55,342 bases of DNA from an uncultured Bacilli bacterium. Its GTDB lineage: Bacteria > Bacillota_I > Bacilli_A > RF39 > UBA660. Shown piece after piece: positions 26,731-36,895 of this stretch (its first letter is position 1; each line of letters begins with the position of its first letter). The notes under the pieces are model-generated. The model searched no databases, was not told where the DNA came from, and was given only the letters and a program-made list of their open reading frames with translations. The stretch lies in assembly GCA_947624085.1 (NCBI GenBank), contig CANQIK010000004.1, forward strand, positions 1 to 55,342. The letters are read 5' to 3'. Made by a program: the position numbers and the translations under genes.

Positions 26731-29289
26731 CTACATACCCAAAGGAATTTTTTGTTTTTTTAAATATTCTTTTCTAATAAAATCAACCGGAATAATTGTT
26801 AAAGCAATAACACCAATTAAAACTAATTCTTTTAGGCTAAGACCATAAGTTCTAAATAAATCTCCTCCATAATATATAATTATCATTTGAACGGTAATAA
26901 TAAAAACATTAATAAAAATAAAAACAGGATTTTTCTTTAAATGAGCTAATAAATTTATACGATGAGTTCTGGCGAGGAAAGAGTTAATAATACCAAAGAA
27001 GATAAATAAAGCAAAGAATGCTGTCATAAAGTGTTTTTCACTAGAGAAAAAAGAACTTATTATAGGGAGTTTTAAAAATAGCAAACAGATTATGGAGGTA
27101 TATAAACCATTTACAGCTACTTGATTTATCATGTATTTATTAATTATTTTTTCATCTTTTTGTTTAGGTTTTTCTTCCATATATTCTTTTAAAGGGGCTT
27201 CGTAAGAAAAAGCTAAACCGGCAAAAGTATCCATTATCATATTAAGCCAAAGCATTTGAATAATTGTTATGGGGGTTGCAACACCAATTAAAGTTCCGAG
27301 AATAGATAAAATTAAAGCACAAATATTTACTGTTAATTGATATGTTACAAATTTACGAATACTTTTAAAGATAGTTCGACCATATAAAATAGCTTTACAA
27401 ATAGAACTAATATTATCATCAAGAATGACAATATCACTAGCTTCTTTAGCAACTTCACTACCACTGCCTAAGCTAAAACCAATATCACTTTTCTTTAAAG
27501 CTAAAGCGTCATTTACACCATCGCCAGTCATTCCTACTACTAACCCTTTATCTTTATATATACTTACTAAACGGGCTTTATCTTGCGGTAAGGCACGGGC
27601 AATAATAGCTATTTTGTTGGTGTTTTTGCTAATATCTTCATCACTTAATTTAGCAAGTTCTTCATGAGTAAATATCAAATCATTGGGAGCCATAATATTT
27701 AATTTTTTAGCAATAGCCAAAGCAGTATTTTTATTATCACCCGTTATCATTACTATTTTAATACCGGCATTTTGGATTGTTTTTACACTTTCATAGGCTT
27801 CTTCTCTAATAGTATCAGAAATAACTATTAGGGAAATAAATATTAAGTTTGTATCTTTACCATTATCACTAAAGGCATTAAGTAAAACGCGATACCCTGA
27901 AGAAGTATACTTATTAATTAAAACTGTTAAATACTCTTTATTTAAAAGAATTTTCTTTTCACCTGTTAAAGATAAATATCTATCACATTTAGCTAAGAGA
28001 ATTTCGGCAGCGCCCTTATAATAAATATCGTTTGTATTACTTTTGACAAAACTATATTTTACCGCACTATCAAAATCTTTTTTTGTAACAACTTTTTGGG
28101 TAGCATGACCTTTTTGCATAAAATTAATAATAGCTTTATCTGTAGCATTACCCCCGATTATATTGTTATCCTCAATATCACATTCATTATTAAGGATTAA
28201 CGAATTATTTAGAATATCGCGATATTTAGGATAGCTTTCTAAATCACTATATTTTTTAATTTGTTTATCATCTTTGGTAATCAGCATTTCGACTTTCAAA
28301 TTACCCTCGGTTAAAGTACCGGTTTTATCACAAAACAAATAATTCATTGTACCACTGGTTTCTATTCCCACGAGTTTACGCACTAAAACATTATCTTTTA
28401 ACATTCTTTTCATATTCGAGGATAAAACTAAAGTAATCATCATAGGAAGCCCCTCGGGTACAGCCATGATAATAATCGTAACGCATAAAGTTAAAGCATA
28501 AACAATAAATCCTAGCATGGTATGAAAATTAGTTACCGTTGCCATAATATCTGCCCATACAAAATGATTTTCAACAAAAATTTTAATAAATAAATAGGAA
28601 GCTGTAGCTAAAAAAGCCCCTAAATAACCAAGTTTACTTATTTGCATAGCTAAAACGTGTAGTCTTTGTTTAAGGGGACTTTCCTCATCTTTTTCTTGCA
28701 TTTGGGAAGAAATATCACCCATAAAAGTTTTATCGCCTATTTCCGTTACTTTAATAAGACAGTCACCTTTATAAACGACACTTCCACTGTAAACTTTATC
28801 ATTACTTTTTTTATAAACTTCTTTACTTTCCCCCGTCATAAAACTTTCATCTAAAGTTAAATTACCTTTTATAATTTGGCCATCGGCAGGAATTTTATCG
28901 CCTGTTGTTATTTTGATGATATCTCCGACCACAATATCTTTAACATATATTTCTGTTAATTTATTATTTCGATATACTTTAGATTTTAAAAGTTTATTTT
29001 CTTCTTGCAGTCTTTCAAAGGCTTTATTTGAACCATATTCGGAGATAGAAGAAATAAAAGAGGCTAAAAAAATAGCTACTAAAATACCTATTACTTCAAA
29101 AATATCTGATGAATGAACTAAGAAAACCACTTTAACTGCTAAAGCAATAAGTAATATTTTAATTATTGGATCACCTAAAGACTCTAATAAAATGGAGATA
29201 AAAGTATTTTTCTTTTTTTTAGTTATTTCATTAGTACCAAATTTACGGCGAGATTCTTCTACTTCTTTATCATTTAATCCAGTGGTCAT
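26731..29289 (-). CDS. Calcium-translocating P-type ATPase (YloB-like)
   Basis: TGES, AVPEGLP, DKTGTLT, MITGDN, TGDGVNDALALK. Confidence 0.92.
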   Translation of the reverse strand: MTTGLNDKEVEESRRKFGTNEITKKKKNTFISILLESLGDPIIKILLIALAVKVVFLVHSSDIFEVIGILVAIFLASFISSISEYGSNKAFERLQEENKLLKSKVYRNNKLTEIYVKDIVVGDIIKITTGDKIPADGQIIKGNLTLDESFMTGESKEVYKKSNDKVYSGSVVYKGDCLIKVTEIGDKTFMGDISSQMQEKDEESPLKQRLHVLAMQISKLGYLGAFLATASYLFIKIFVENHFVWADIMATVTNFHTMLGFIVYALTLCVTIIIMAVPEGLPMMITLVLSSNMKRMLKDNVLVRKLVGIETSGTMNYLFCDKTGTLTEGNLKVEMLITKDDKQIKKYSDLESYPKYRDILNNSLILNNECDIEDNNIIGGNATDKAIINFMQKGHATQKVVTKKDFDSAVKYSFVKSNTNDIYYKGAAEILLAKCDRYLSLTGEKKILLNKEYLTVLINKYTSSGYRVLLNAFSDNGKDTNLIFISLIVISDTIREEAYESVKTIQNAGIKIVMITGDNKNTALAIAKKLNIMAPNDLIFTHEELAKLSDEDISKNTNKIAIIARALPQDKARLVSIYKDKGLVVGMTGDGVNDALALKKSDIGFSLGSGSEVAKEASDIVILDDNISSICKAILYGRTIFKSIRKFVTYQLTVNICALILSILGTLIGVATPITIIQMLWLNMIMDTFAGLAFSYEAPLKEYMEEKPKQKDEKIINKYMINQVAVNGLYTSIICLLFLKLPIISSFFSSEKHFMTAFFALFIFFGIINSFLARTHRINLLAHLKKNPVFIFINVFIITVQMIIIYYGGDLFRTYGLSLKELVLIGVIALTIIPVDFIRKEYLKKQKIPLGM

Positions 29290-29303
29290 GTTTCCTCCGA
29301 TTA

Positions 29304-29330
29304 AATATATGCTAAATAATAGAAGAATAT
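29304..29330 (-). promoter_or_regulatory. Putative sigmaE-type promoter of the Ca-ATPase gene
   Basis: Minus strand ATA-N16-CATATATT just upstream of the GGAGG RBS. Confidence 0.45.
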
Positions 29331-29366
29331 TAAAGCAAAAGAAAAACCTTCTTAATGAAAGTTTTC

Positions 29367-30494
29367 TTATATTTTTTTACAGGCTTTTTTGAATTCTTTA
29401 AAGGCTTGTTCATCATCTAAATCTGAATCAAGTAGTTCTTCAAACAAGGCTTTTTGTTTACGGGAAAGTTTAGTTGGAGTAATAATGTTTACAACAACAT
29501 ACATATTTCCTCTCATTAAGCTATTAGGAGATTTAATGCCTTTACCACGTAATTTGATTTTCTCATAATTTTGAGTACCAGCCTTAATTTCAACTCTTTC
29601 AATGCCGGTTAAAGTTGGAACATCAATCTCACAGCCTAGTGCTGCCTGAGCAACATTGATAGGGTATTCCATGTAAATATCATTACCTTGTCTTTCATAA
29701 AGAGGATGATCCATAATATCAAAGTCTACAAGCAAATCGCCAGCTTCCCCACCATTACGTCCTGCTTCACCTCTATTTGCTAAACGAAGTTGGAAACCAT
29801 TATCAACGCCCTCGGGAATTTTAATAGTCATTGTCTTTTTACGGCTTACAATACCAGAACCGTTACAATCCGGACAAGTTTCGCCAAATGTCTTACCCGT
29901 TCCATGACAATCAGGACAAGTCTTTTGCGTTTGCATCATGCCAAATAAAGATTGAACTCTTTCTAAGACAATACCTCGGCCCCCACAGGTAGAACAAGTT
30001 TTTTCATTAAAGCCACCTTTACCATCACATCTAGGACAAGCATCGTCCATTGTTATATCAACTTTCTTTTCACAACCAAAAGCGGCCTCTTCAAAAGTTA
30101 ATCGTAGTACAATCCGAACATCGGAACCTCTTTTTGACCTTGATGATGAACCTCTTCGGGAACCAAAACCGGCGAAGCCACTGCCAAAAACATCTCGTAA
30201 AATGGAATCTAGGTCAAAATCACTAAAGTCAAAGCCCCCAAAGCCGGAAGCTCCTCCTGCTCCTTGACCGCCATTTTCAAATGCCGCAGAGCCAAATTGA
30301 TCATAAGTTTTTCGTTTATTAGGATCAGATAAGACAGCATAAGCTTCACCAATCTCTTTAAATTTTTCTGCTGCTCCCGGTTCTTTATTCAAATCGGGAT
30401 GATATTGTTTTGCAAGTTTTCTAAAGGCTCTTTTAATCTCTTCATCCGAAGCATTTTTATTAACACCTAAAGTTTCATAATAATCTTTACTCAT
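29367..30494 (-). CDS. dnaJ: Chaperone DnaJ
   Basis: J domain with HPD, G/F region, four CxxCxGxG repeats. Confidence 0.98.
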   Translation of the reverse strand: MSKDYYETLGVNKNASDEEIKRAFRKLAKQYHPDLNKEPGAAEKFKEIGEAYAVLSDPNKRKTYDQFGSAAFENGGQGAGGASGFGGFDFSDFDLDSILRDVFGSGFAGFGSRRGSSSRSKRGSDVRIVLRLTFEEAAFGCEKKVDITMDDACPRCDGKGGFNEKTCSTCGGRGIVLERVQSLFGMMQTQKTCPDCHGTGKTFGETCPDCNGSGIVSRKKTMTIKIPEGVDNGFQLRLANRGEAGRNGGEAGDLLVDFDIMDHPLYERQGNDIYMEYPINVAQAALGCEIDVPTLTGIERVEIKAGTQNYEKIKLRGKGIKSPNSLMRGNMYVVVNIITPTKLSRKQKALFEELLDSDLDDEQAFKEFKKACKKI

Positions 30495-32250
30495 ATAACC
30501 GCCTCAATTCATCTATTTCTTGTTCAAGGACATGGAAAACTTCATTATAAATATCACTCTTTGTCATATCAACACCTGCTACTTTTAAAGAAGCACAAGG
30601 ATTTTTGGTACAGCCAAGCTTTAGGAACTTCAAGTAATTTTCTAAAGCCCCTTTCTTACCAGCGATAATATCCATAGCAATTTTCATTGCCGCCGTATAG
30701 CCGGTAGCATATTGATAAACATAGAAGTTATAATAAAAATGAGGAATTCTAAAACATTCATATTTTATATCATCATCTATAATGACATCTTTGCCAAAAT
30801 ACTTTTGATTTAATTTATAGTACGTATTTGTTAACACATTCTTAGTAAGAGTAATGCCTTTGTTATCAAGCTTATGAATTTCATCTTCAAATTCAGCAAA
30901 CATTGTTTGTCTAATAATAGTAGATTTAAATTTCTTTAAAATATTATCAAGAATATATTTCTTTTCTTCTTTATTATTACTATTATTATAGAAATAATCC
31001 ATTAAAATTATTTCATTTACTTGACTAGCAACTTCGGCAACAAAGATAGAATACCCATAATCTTGATACGTATTATTTTTTTGCGCATAATAATAGTGCA
31101 TAGCATGACCAAGCTCATGAGCAAGGGTTGAAATATCTTCAAGCTTACCTTCATAACTACTTACAACATATGGATGAGTAGCATAAGCACAAGTACAATA
31201 TGCTCCACTTCTTTTTTTATCGCGAATCTTAGCATCTATCCAGTTATTAGCAAAAGCTTGGCTTAAATCATTAATATAATCTTTACCTAAAACGGATAAA
31301 GCTTTCAAAATAATTTCTTTAGCTTCTTCATAAGTATATTTGCTATCATACTCTTTTGTAATACTTGCATAAGTATCATATGTATGAAATTCTTTTAACC
31401 CTAGGATATCTTTTTTTAGTTTAAAATATTTAAGAAATCGGGGTAAATTATTACTTACGTTTTCGATTAAACTATCATATATTTTGTTATTGATATTATT
31501 ATGATATAAGCTTAATTCTCTTGCACTTTTAAAGCCTCTTATTTTAGCTATCTTATTATTATTTAAAACTTCGGTAGCTAAAATAGAAGCAAAAGTATTC
31601 TCATGAGCTTTAATTTGCGCATATAAAGCCTCAAAAGCTTCTTTTCTAACTCGAGGATCATTGCTTTCTATATAAGTTGAATAATTAGAATTAGTAAGAT
31701 GAACTTCTTGATTATTTTCATCTTTAATATTACCATAGTCAATATCGGTATTAATTAAAAGCTCACTTATGTCTTCAGGTTTACCATATGAAGAAGTCAA
31801 AATTGATATTAACGCTTCTTCCTCTTTATTTTTAGTAAACTTTTTAGCTCGATATAAATCTTTAATCATTCTTTTATATTTATTTAACTTAGGATTTTGC
31901 TTACAAAATGTTAAGAACTCTTGATAATCATGAGCTAATATTTCCGGCAAAACAAAGGAACATATTTCCCCCATTTGGTTCATAAGTTCACTAAGTCTAC
32001 CATTATAATCTTGAAAAGTTTCATCAGTTAAATCTAAGTCGCCATTTACATGAGCATAAACATAAATTCTTTCAATTTCCATAGATAGTTTAGTATCAAA
32101 TTCTAAATATTCTAGCAATTTATCAGCACTATCAAATAAATGACCTTCATAACTTTTTATTTTCTTGATAGCATTTTTTATTTTATTTAATCTTTTAATA
32201 AAGTCTTCATTACTTTTACATAATTCTGTCAAATCAACAGTATCTTGCAT
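30487..32250 (-). CDS. pepF: Oligoendopeptidase F (M3B)
   Basis: [17 protein letters not shown] (HExxH), [32 protein letters not shown]. Confidence 0.95.
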   Translation of the reverse strand: MQDTVDLTELCKSNEDFIKRLNKIKNAIKKIKSYEGHLFDSADKLLEYLEFDTKLSMEIERIYVYAHVNGDLDLTDETFQDYNGRLSELMNQMGEICSFVLPEILAHDYQEFLTFCKQNPKLNKYKRMIKDLYRAKKFTKNKEEEALISILTSSYGKPEDISELLINTDIDYGNIKDENNQEVHLTNSNYSTYIESNDPRVRKEAFEALYAQIKAHENTFASILATEVLNNNKIAKIRGFKSARELSLYHNNINNKIYDSLIENVSNNLPRFLKYFKLKKDILGLKEFHTYDTYASITKEYDSKYTYEEAKEIILKALSVLGKDYINDLSQAFANNWIDAKIRDKKRSGAYCTCAYATHPYVVSSYEGKLEDISTLAHELGHAMHYYYAQKNNTYQDYGYSIFVAEVASQVNEIILMDYFYNNSNNKEEKKYILDNILKKFKSTIIRQTMFAEFEDEIHKLDNKGITLTKNVLTNTYYKLNQKYFGKDVIIDDDIKYECFRIPHFYYNFYVYQYATGYTAAMKIAMDIIAGKKGALENYLKFLKLGCTKNPCASLKVAGVDMTKSDIYNEVFHVLEQEIDELRRLYE

Positions 32251-32273
32251 TCCCTAGTCCTTTCATAAATACA

Positions 32274-32296
32274 AGGTTCTAGTTTGACTAGAACCT
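32274..32296 (-). terminator. Stem-loop between dnaK and pepF (partial terminator or mRNA stabiliser)
   Basis: AGGTTCTAGT-ttg-ACTAGAACCT perfect 10-bp stem with a weak U-tract. Confidence 0.6.
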
Positions 32297-32304
32297 ATAT
32301 TTTA

Positions 32305-34137
32305 TTAATCTTTTTGTTCGTATGTTCCTTCTACGGGTTCATCTTCATCTTTAGATGATGTTCCTGAAGCATTATTTGTTTCTGCTCCAGTATTATTCTT
32401 ACTTGCCTCTTCATATACTTTGGCGGCTAAATCCATTGCTTTTTTATTTAAAGCTTCCGTCTTTTCTTTGATTTCAGCGATATCTTCACCCTTTAAAGCT
32501 TCTTCAAGTTCTTCTTTTAACTTAGTAGCTTCTTTTTTATCATCTTCAGATACTTTATCACCTAAATCTTCTAAAGCTCTATCAACAGCAAGAATTGTTC
32601 CGTCAGCTTCGTTTCTAACATCACTTTCTTCTTTACGTTTTTCATCAGCTTCTTTATTAGCTTCGGCTTCTTTAACCATTCTATCAATCTCTTCATCAGA
32701 TAATGATGTTGAAGATGTAATAGTAATACTTTGCTCTTTATTAGTGCCTAAATCTTTAGCTGTAACATTAACAATACCGTTGGCATCAATATCAAATTTA
32801 ACTTCAATTTGTGGAACACCTCTTCGAGCAGGTGGAATATTTGTAAGTTGGAAATTACCTAAAGTCTTGTTATCGGCAGCCATTGGTCTTTCGCCTTGTA
32901 ATACATGGATATCTACTGCTGGTTGGTTATCGGCTGCTGTTGAGAATACTTGACTCTTACTTGTAGGAATTGTTGTATTTCTTGGAATTAATACTGTCAT
33001 TACATTTCCTAAAGTTTCAATACCTAGTGATAATGGGGTAACATCAAGTAAGACGATATCATTTACTTCACCTGTTAAAACACCACCTTGAATAGCAGCA
33101 CCCATAGCTACAACTTCATCAGGGTTAACACTCTTATTAGGTTCTTGACCTAACTCTTTCTTAACAAGGTCTTGAATATAAGGGATTCTTGATGAACCTC
33201 CTACTAAAACGACTTTATTAATATCTTTATTAGTTAATTTAGCATCTTTTAAAGCTTTATGAACTGCATCAAGAGTACTATCAAATAAATCTTTACATAA
33301 ATCTTCAAATTTAGCTCTTGTTAAACTAGTTTCTAAGTGTAGAGGCTCTTTATCATCATTTTGGGCAATGAATGGTAGAGATATTTGAGCGGTTGTCATT
33401 GAAGATAAGTCTTTCTTAGCTTTTTCTGCAGCATCTTTTACTCTTTGCATAGCCATTGGATCTTTAGAAAGATCAATACCATTGTCTTTCTTAAATTCTT
33501 TAACTAAATGTTCAACAACTCTTTCATCAAAGTCATCGCCACCTAAATGGTTATTACCGGAAGTTGATTTAACTTCAAAGACACCATCACCAAGTTCTAG
33601 AATAGATACATCAAATGTACCTCCTCCTAAGTCATATACTAAAATAGTTTGAAGTTCATCTTGTTTATCAAGACCATAAGCTAAAGCAGCGGCTGTTGGT
33701 TCATTAATAATTCTTTCTACTTCAAGACCGGCAATTTTACCAGCATTTTTAGTAGCTTGTCTTTGAGCATCATTGAAGTATGCAGGAACTGTAATAACAG
33801 CTTTAGTTACTTTTTCGCCTAAATAACTTTCAGCATCAGCTTTAAGTTTAGCTAAAATCTTAGCACTTATTTCTTCAGGAGTATATTTCTTATCGTTAGC
33901 TTCTACTTTCTCCTTAGTTCCCATTTTTCTTTTTATAGAAGAAATAGTATTTTTAACATTTGTCACTGCTTGTCTTTTAGCAGTTTCTCCTACTAATTCT
34001 TCACCGTTTTTAAATGCTACAACACTTGGAGTTGTACGGTTTCCTTCAGCATTAGGGATTACTTTAGGGTCCCCACCCTCTAAAACTGCGACACAACTAT
34101 TAGTTGTACCTAAGTCTATACCTATAATTTTACTCAT
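32305..34137 (-). CDS. dnaK: Chaperone DnaK (alternative start at 34146)
   Basis: [40 protein letters not shown]. Confidence 0.99.
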   Translation of the reverse strand: MSKIIGIDLGTTNSCVAVLEGGDPKVIPNAEGNRTTPSVVAFKNGEELVGETAKRQAVTNVKNTISSIKRKMGTKEKVEANDKKYTPEEISAKILAKLKADAESYLGEKVTKAVITVPAYFNDAQRQATKNAGKIAGLEVERIINEPTAAALAYGLDKQDELQTILVYDLGGGTFDVSILELGDGVFEVKSTSGNNHLGGDDFDERVVEHLVKEFKKDNGIDLSKDPMAMQRVKDAAEKAKKDLSSMTTAQISLPFIAQNDDKEPLHLETSLTRAKFEDLCKDLFDSTLDAVHKALKDAKLTNKDINKVVLVGGSSRIPYIQDLVKKELGQEPNKSVNPDEVVAMGAAIQGGVLTGEVNDIVLLDVTPLSLGIETLGNVMTVLIPRNTTIPTSKSQVFSTAADNQPAVDIHVLQGERPMAADNKTLGNFQLTNIPPARRGVPQIEVKFDIDANGIVNVTAKDLGTNKEQSITITSSTSLSDEEIDRMVKEAEANKEADEKRKEESDVRNEADGTILAVDRALEDLGDKVSEDDKKEATKLKEELEEALKGEDIAEIKEKTEALNKKAMDLAAKVYEEASKNNTGAETNNASGTSSKDEDEPVEGTYEQKD

Positions 34138-34161
34138 TTTAATCATTTCCTTTCAATTTAA

Positions 34162-34716
34162 TTATTCATTTACTTTTACCATTGCTACACGTATAACTTT
34201 ATCATTATACATATAACCTTTTTGTAATACTTCAAGAACAACACCTTGTTCTTCTTCCATAACATTAGATGTCATAATAGCTTCCATTTTAGTTGGATCA
34301 AATGGTTTACCTTGGGCTTCAATTTCGCTAACCCCCATAGCTTGAAGGGTACTTAAAAGTGAAGTGTAAATCATTTTAAATCCTGATAAGAATTTTGAAA
34401 GTTCATCAGATAAATTAGTATCATCTAAAGAAATGGCTCTTTCAAAATTATCAATAATTGGAAGTATTTCTTTAATCAGTCTTTCCCCATCATATTTATA
34501 TATGTTAGCTTTCTCTTGTTCATGACGGCGAGACATATTTTGCATTTCTGCTGAAAGCCTTAACACTTTATCGTTTAACTCAGCATTAATCTTTTGTAAG
34601 TTTTCGATTTCAGCATTTTTTATAGCTTTCTTTTTCAAAACTTTCTTAATTGTACTATTTTCTTTAGTTTCCGTTTCTAATTTGTTAGTTTCTAAATTTT
34701 CCGTCTTTTCTTCCAC
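34162..34716 (-). CDS. grpE: Nucleotide exchange factor GrpE
   Basis: LRLSAEMQN, LPIIDNFERA, FDP..EA, QKGY...VIR.AMVKV. Confidence 0.96.
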   Translation of the reverse strand: MEEKTENLETNKLETETKENSTIKKVLKKKAIKNAEIENLQKINAELNDKVLRLSAEMQNMSRRHEQEKANIYKYDGERLIKEILPIIDNFERAISLDDTNLSDELSKFLSGFKMIYTSLLSTLQAMGVSEIEAQGKPFDPTKMEAIMTSNVMEEEQGVVLEVLQKGYMYNDKVIRVAMVKVNE

Positions 34717-35726
34717 TATTTTTCATCCTTCTTTTTCATTTCATCTAGAACATAGTCTAACAGACCCATGACTCTAGCATATTCCATTCTTTTTGGTCCA
34801 ATAACGGCCACGGTGCCAGTTTCACCGTTAATATCATATTTTCTTTTAATAACAGTTGTATTAGGATCAACCTCAGAATCTTTACCTATATAGATTTTTA
34901 TTTCTTCGTTATCTTTATCTTGAACAACGTGTTTAATAAATTTCTCATCATCAAGTTTATAGGCTAACTTCTTAATTGTATCCGCATCACTATATTCTGG
35001 TTGCTCAAGGACTTTAGCCCGACCAACAACTCTAATATCATCAGTATCTTGAGCAGCAAAATCACTAAGAGCATTATAGAAGATATGATATATTCTTTCA
35101 TAATCAACCATCTGCTTAGCAATAATTGGCTTTATTTCAAACTCAAGTCTTGATGCAACATCACTAATCGGTGTTCCTGTTAACATTTTGTTGATAATCT
35201 CACTTGTTTTAATCAGTTCTTTCAAATCAGTATCGGCATCTAATTGAAATTGTTTATTTTCAACAACGCCCCGATTTGTACAGACAAGAGCAACAATCTT
35301 ATTATTATCAATTGGAATGATGCTTATTTGCTTTAGAAGGTTATCTTCAGCATTACTGCCTAAAACGACGGAAGCATAATTGGTTAAATCACTAATTATT
35401 TCCATACATTTGCTAATGGCATCTGACAACACTAAGTCTTGATTTTTAACGATACTTTGGAGTTTTAGAACATCTGATCCCGTAAGCTTTTCCGGTTCCA
35501 TTAAATGTTCTACATAGTATCGATAACCACTTTCACTAGGAACTCTACCTGAAGAAATATGGTTTTTTTCAACGTAACCAAGGCTTTCCAAAACGGCCAT
35601 CTCATTACGAATTGTTGCACTGGATAGTTTGAACTTTTGACACAAGCTTTTGCTACCAACAGGTTTAACAGTTTTAACGTAGGTTTCAACAATAGCCTTT
35701 AATAGGTCTTCTTGTCTTTTATCCAT
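34716..35726 (-). CDS. hrcA: Heat-inducible transcription repressor HrcA
   Basis: PVGSK, SSATIRNEMA.LE..G, SSGRVPS..GYRYYV, VIGPKRM.Y; start moved to ATG 35726 after AAAGGA. Confidence 0.96.
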   Translation of the reverse strand: MDKRQEDLLKAIVETYVKTVKPVGSKSLCQKFKLSSATIRNEMAVLESLGYVEKNHISSGRVPSESGYRYYVEHLMEPEKLTGSDVLKLQSIVKNQDLVLSDAISKCMEIISDLTNYASVVLGSNAEDNLLKQISIIPIDNNKIVALVCTNRGVVENKQFQLDADTDLKELIKTSEIINKMLTGTPISDVASRLEFEIKPIIAKQMVDYERIYHIFYNALSDFAAQDTDDIRVVGRAKVLEQPEYSDADTIKKLAYKLDDEKFIKHVVQDKDNEEIKIYIGKDSEVDPNTTVIKRKYDINGETGTVAVIGPKRMEYARVMGLLDYVLDEMKKKDEK

Positions 35727-35737
35727 ACTAGTCCTTT

Positions 35738-35764
35738 CTAGCACTCTTCTTTTTCAAGTGCTAA
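35738..35764. promoter_or_regulatory. CIRCE element (HrcA operator)
   Basis: cTAGCACTC-N9-aAGTGCTAA. Confidence 0.92.
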
Positions 35765-35783
35765 CAGTATTATATTATGCAAA

Positions 35784-35811
35784 TTAGCACTTGTCAATAC
35801 CAAAGTGCTAA
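35784..35811. promoter_or_regulatory. Second CIRCE-like element (N10 spacer) straddling the -35 box of the hrcA sigmaA promoter
   Basis: TTAGCACTT-N10-AAGTGCTAA; minus-strand TTGACA-N17-TATAAT overlaps it. Confidence 0.75.
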
Positions 35812-35867
35812 TATTTTTTATATATTGACTTTTAAAAATTTGATTACATTTTTAGGCATATTTACTA

Positions 35868-36206
35868 ATGCCAAAGCCTAGAATAGAATACTTTATAAAT
35901 ATGAAAAACAAAGTTAAATATTTAATTCATAAATTATTTATTTATAATTCAGTGGATATTTCTGATACTTTAGTATTATCTTGTCTTACTAATCTTTTGA
36001 TAATGTATTTTCCCGATTTTAGTAAAGAAGATATTATAAGCATTATGAAAAGTCTTTACAATATGCCCTATTATATTGATGAAGCTAGTTTGGATATTAC
36101 CGGTTTAGATAATTTGCTCACTAGCTATAGTGATTATAATGAATTATATTTAAATTTATATGAATTAAAAAAATCGCTTATTTGTAGCGATTCATTTGAG
36201 CCATAA
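35868..36206 (+). CDS. Hypothetical protein
   Basis: 112 aa ORF filling the hrcA-yneF gap; no clear RBS; 29-nt convergent overlap with yneF. Confidence 0.5.
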   Translation: MPKPRIEYFINMKNKVKYLIHKLFIYNSVDISDTLVLSCLTNLLIMYFPDFSKEDIISIMKSLYNMPYYIDEASLDITGLDNLLTSYSDYNELYLNLYELKKSLICSDSFEP

Positions 36207-36393
36207 CTTGTTTAACTTGTTTTTGGCTTGGCTTTCTACCCATAGAACTCATCATTGCTTCAATCATTTTCTCATTAATGGGAGGATTTTTAGCAAGCAT
36301 TTTTTTTGTAACTATTCGAGCAATAACAAAGCCTAAAATTAAACCTACTATTAAACTACCTATACTCCATAATACTGTTTCTAAAACAGGCAT
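36178..36393 (-). CDS. yneF: YneF family (UPF0154) membrane protein
   Basis: TM helix then KNPPINEKMI..MM..MGRKPSQK.V.Q.M; conserved position after sirA. Confidence 0.95.
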   Translation of the reverse strand: MPVLETVLWSIGSLIVGLILGFVIARIVTKKMLAKNPPINEKMIEAMMSSMGRKPSQKQVKQVMAQMNRYK

Positions 36394-36436
36394 AATGTCC
36401 TCCTTTACATTTTAATTTTACTATACTTTTATTAAT

Positions 36437-36844
36437 TTAACAATAAATTTCATCAAGCCAAAAATAATCTTTGTTTTCAAAATCACATACGAATAAATTA
36501 TATCCATTAAGTTTTTGCAAAAGGGGTATCTTAAGAGTATTACAATTACAAAGTAAATAACTGTTTTTAATTTCTATTTCACATCTTTCATCGCGATATT
36601 TATTATAGTATGAATGATGATTATTAACATACATATAAAATTGATTATCTTTAAAACTATTTAATATTTTTTGATTAACAATATTTTTATTAAATTTATT
36701 AGCTATTTGTTCATATAGATTTTGGGCCATATATAAATCTTTAGTATTATGAATTGACTCAAAACTTTTAAACAAAACATAAGGGCTATCTTTAGTTAGA
36801 ATTTCCATTTCTTTATTAATATTAAATATATAGAATGTTCTCAT
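36437..36844 (-). CDS. sirA: Sporulation inhibitor of replication SirA (YneE)
   Basis: MRTFYIFNI..E N-terminus and FVCDFENKDYFWL C-terminus; tkt-sirA-yneF synteny. Confidence 0.8.
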   Translation of the reverse strand: MRTFYIFNINKEMEILTKDSPYVLFKSFESIHNTKDLYMAQNLYEQIANKFNKNIVNQKILNSFKDNQFYMYVNNHHSYYNKYRDERCEIEIKNSYLLCNCNTLKIPLLQKLNGYNLFVCDFENKDYFWLDEIYC

Positions 36845-36859
36845 AAAATCACCATCTTC

Positions 36860-36893
36860 ATGATAACAAAAAGATGGTAAAAAAAATGTCGAA
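36860..36893 (-). promoter_or_regulatory. Spo0A box plus sigmaA -10 of sirA
   Basis: Perfect 0A box TGTCGAA at 36887-36893 (TTCGACA on the coding strand), 21 bp upstream of TG-t-TATCAT. Confidence 0.75.
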
Positions 36894-36895
36894 TC

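Noticed and set aside
32420..32953. 177-aa plus-strand ORF inside dnaK, and the other short antisense ORFs inside housekeeping genes
   Set aside because: Typical antisense open frames caused by codon bias of the real genes
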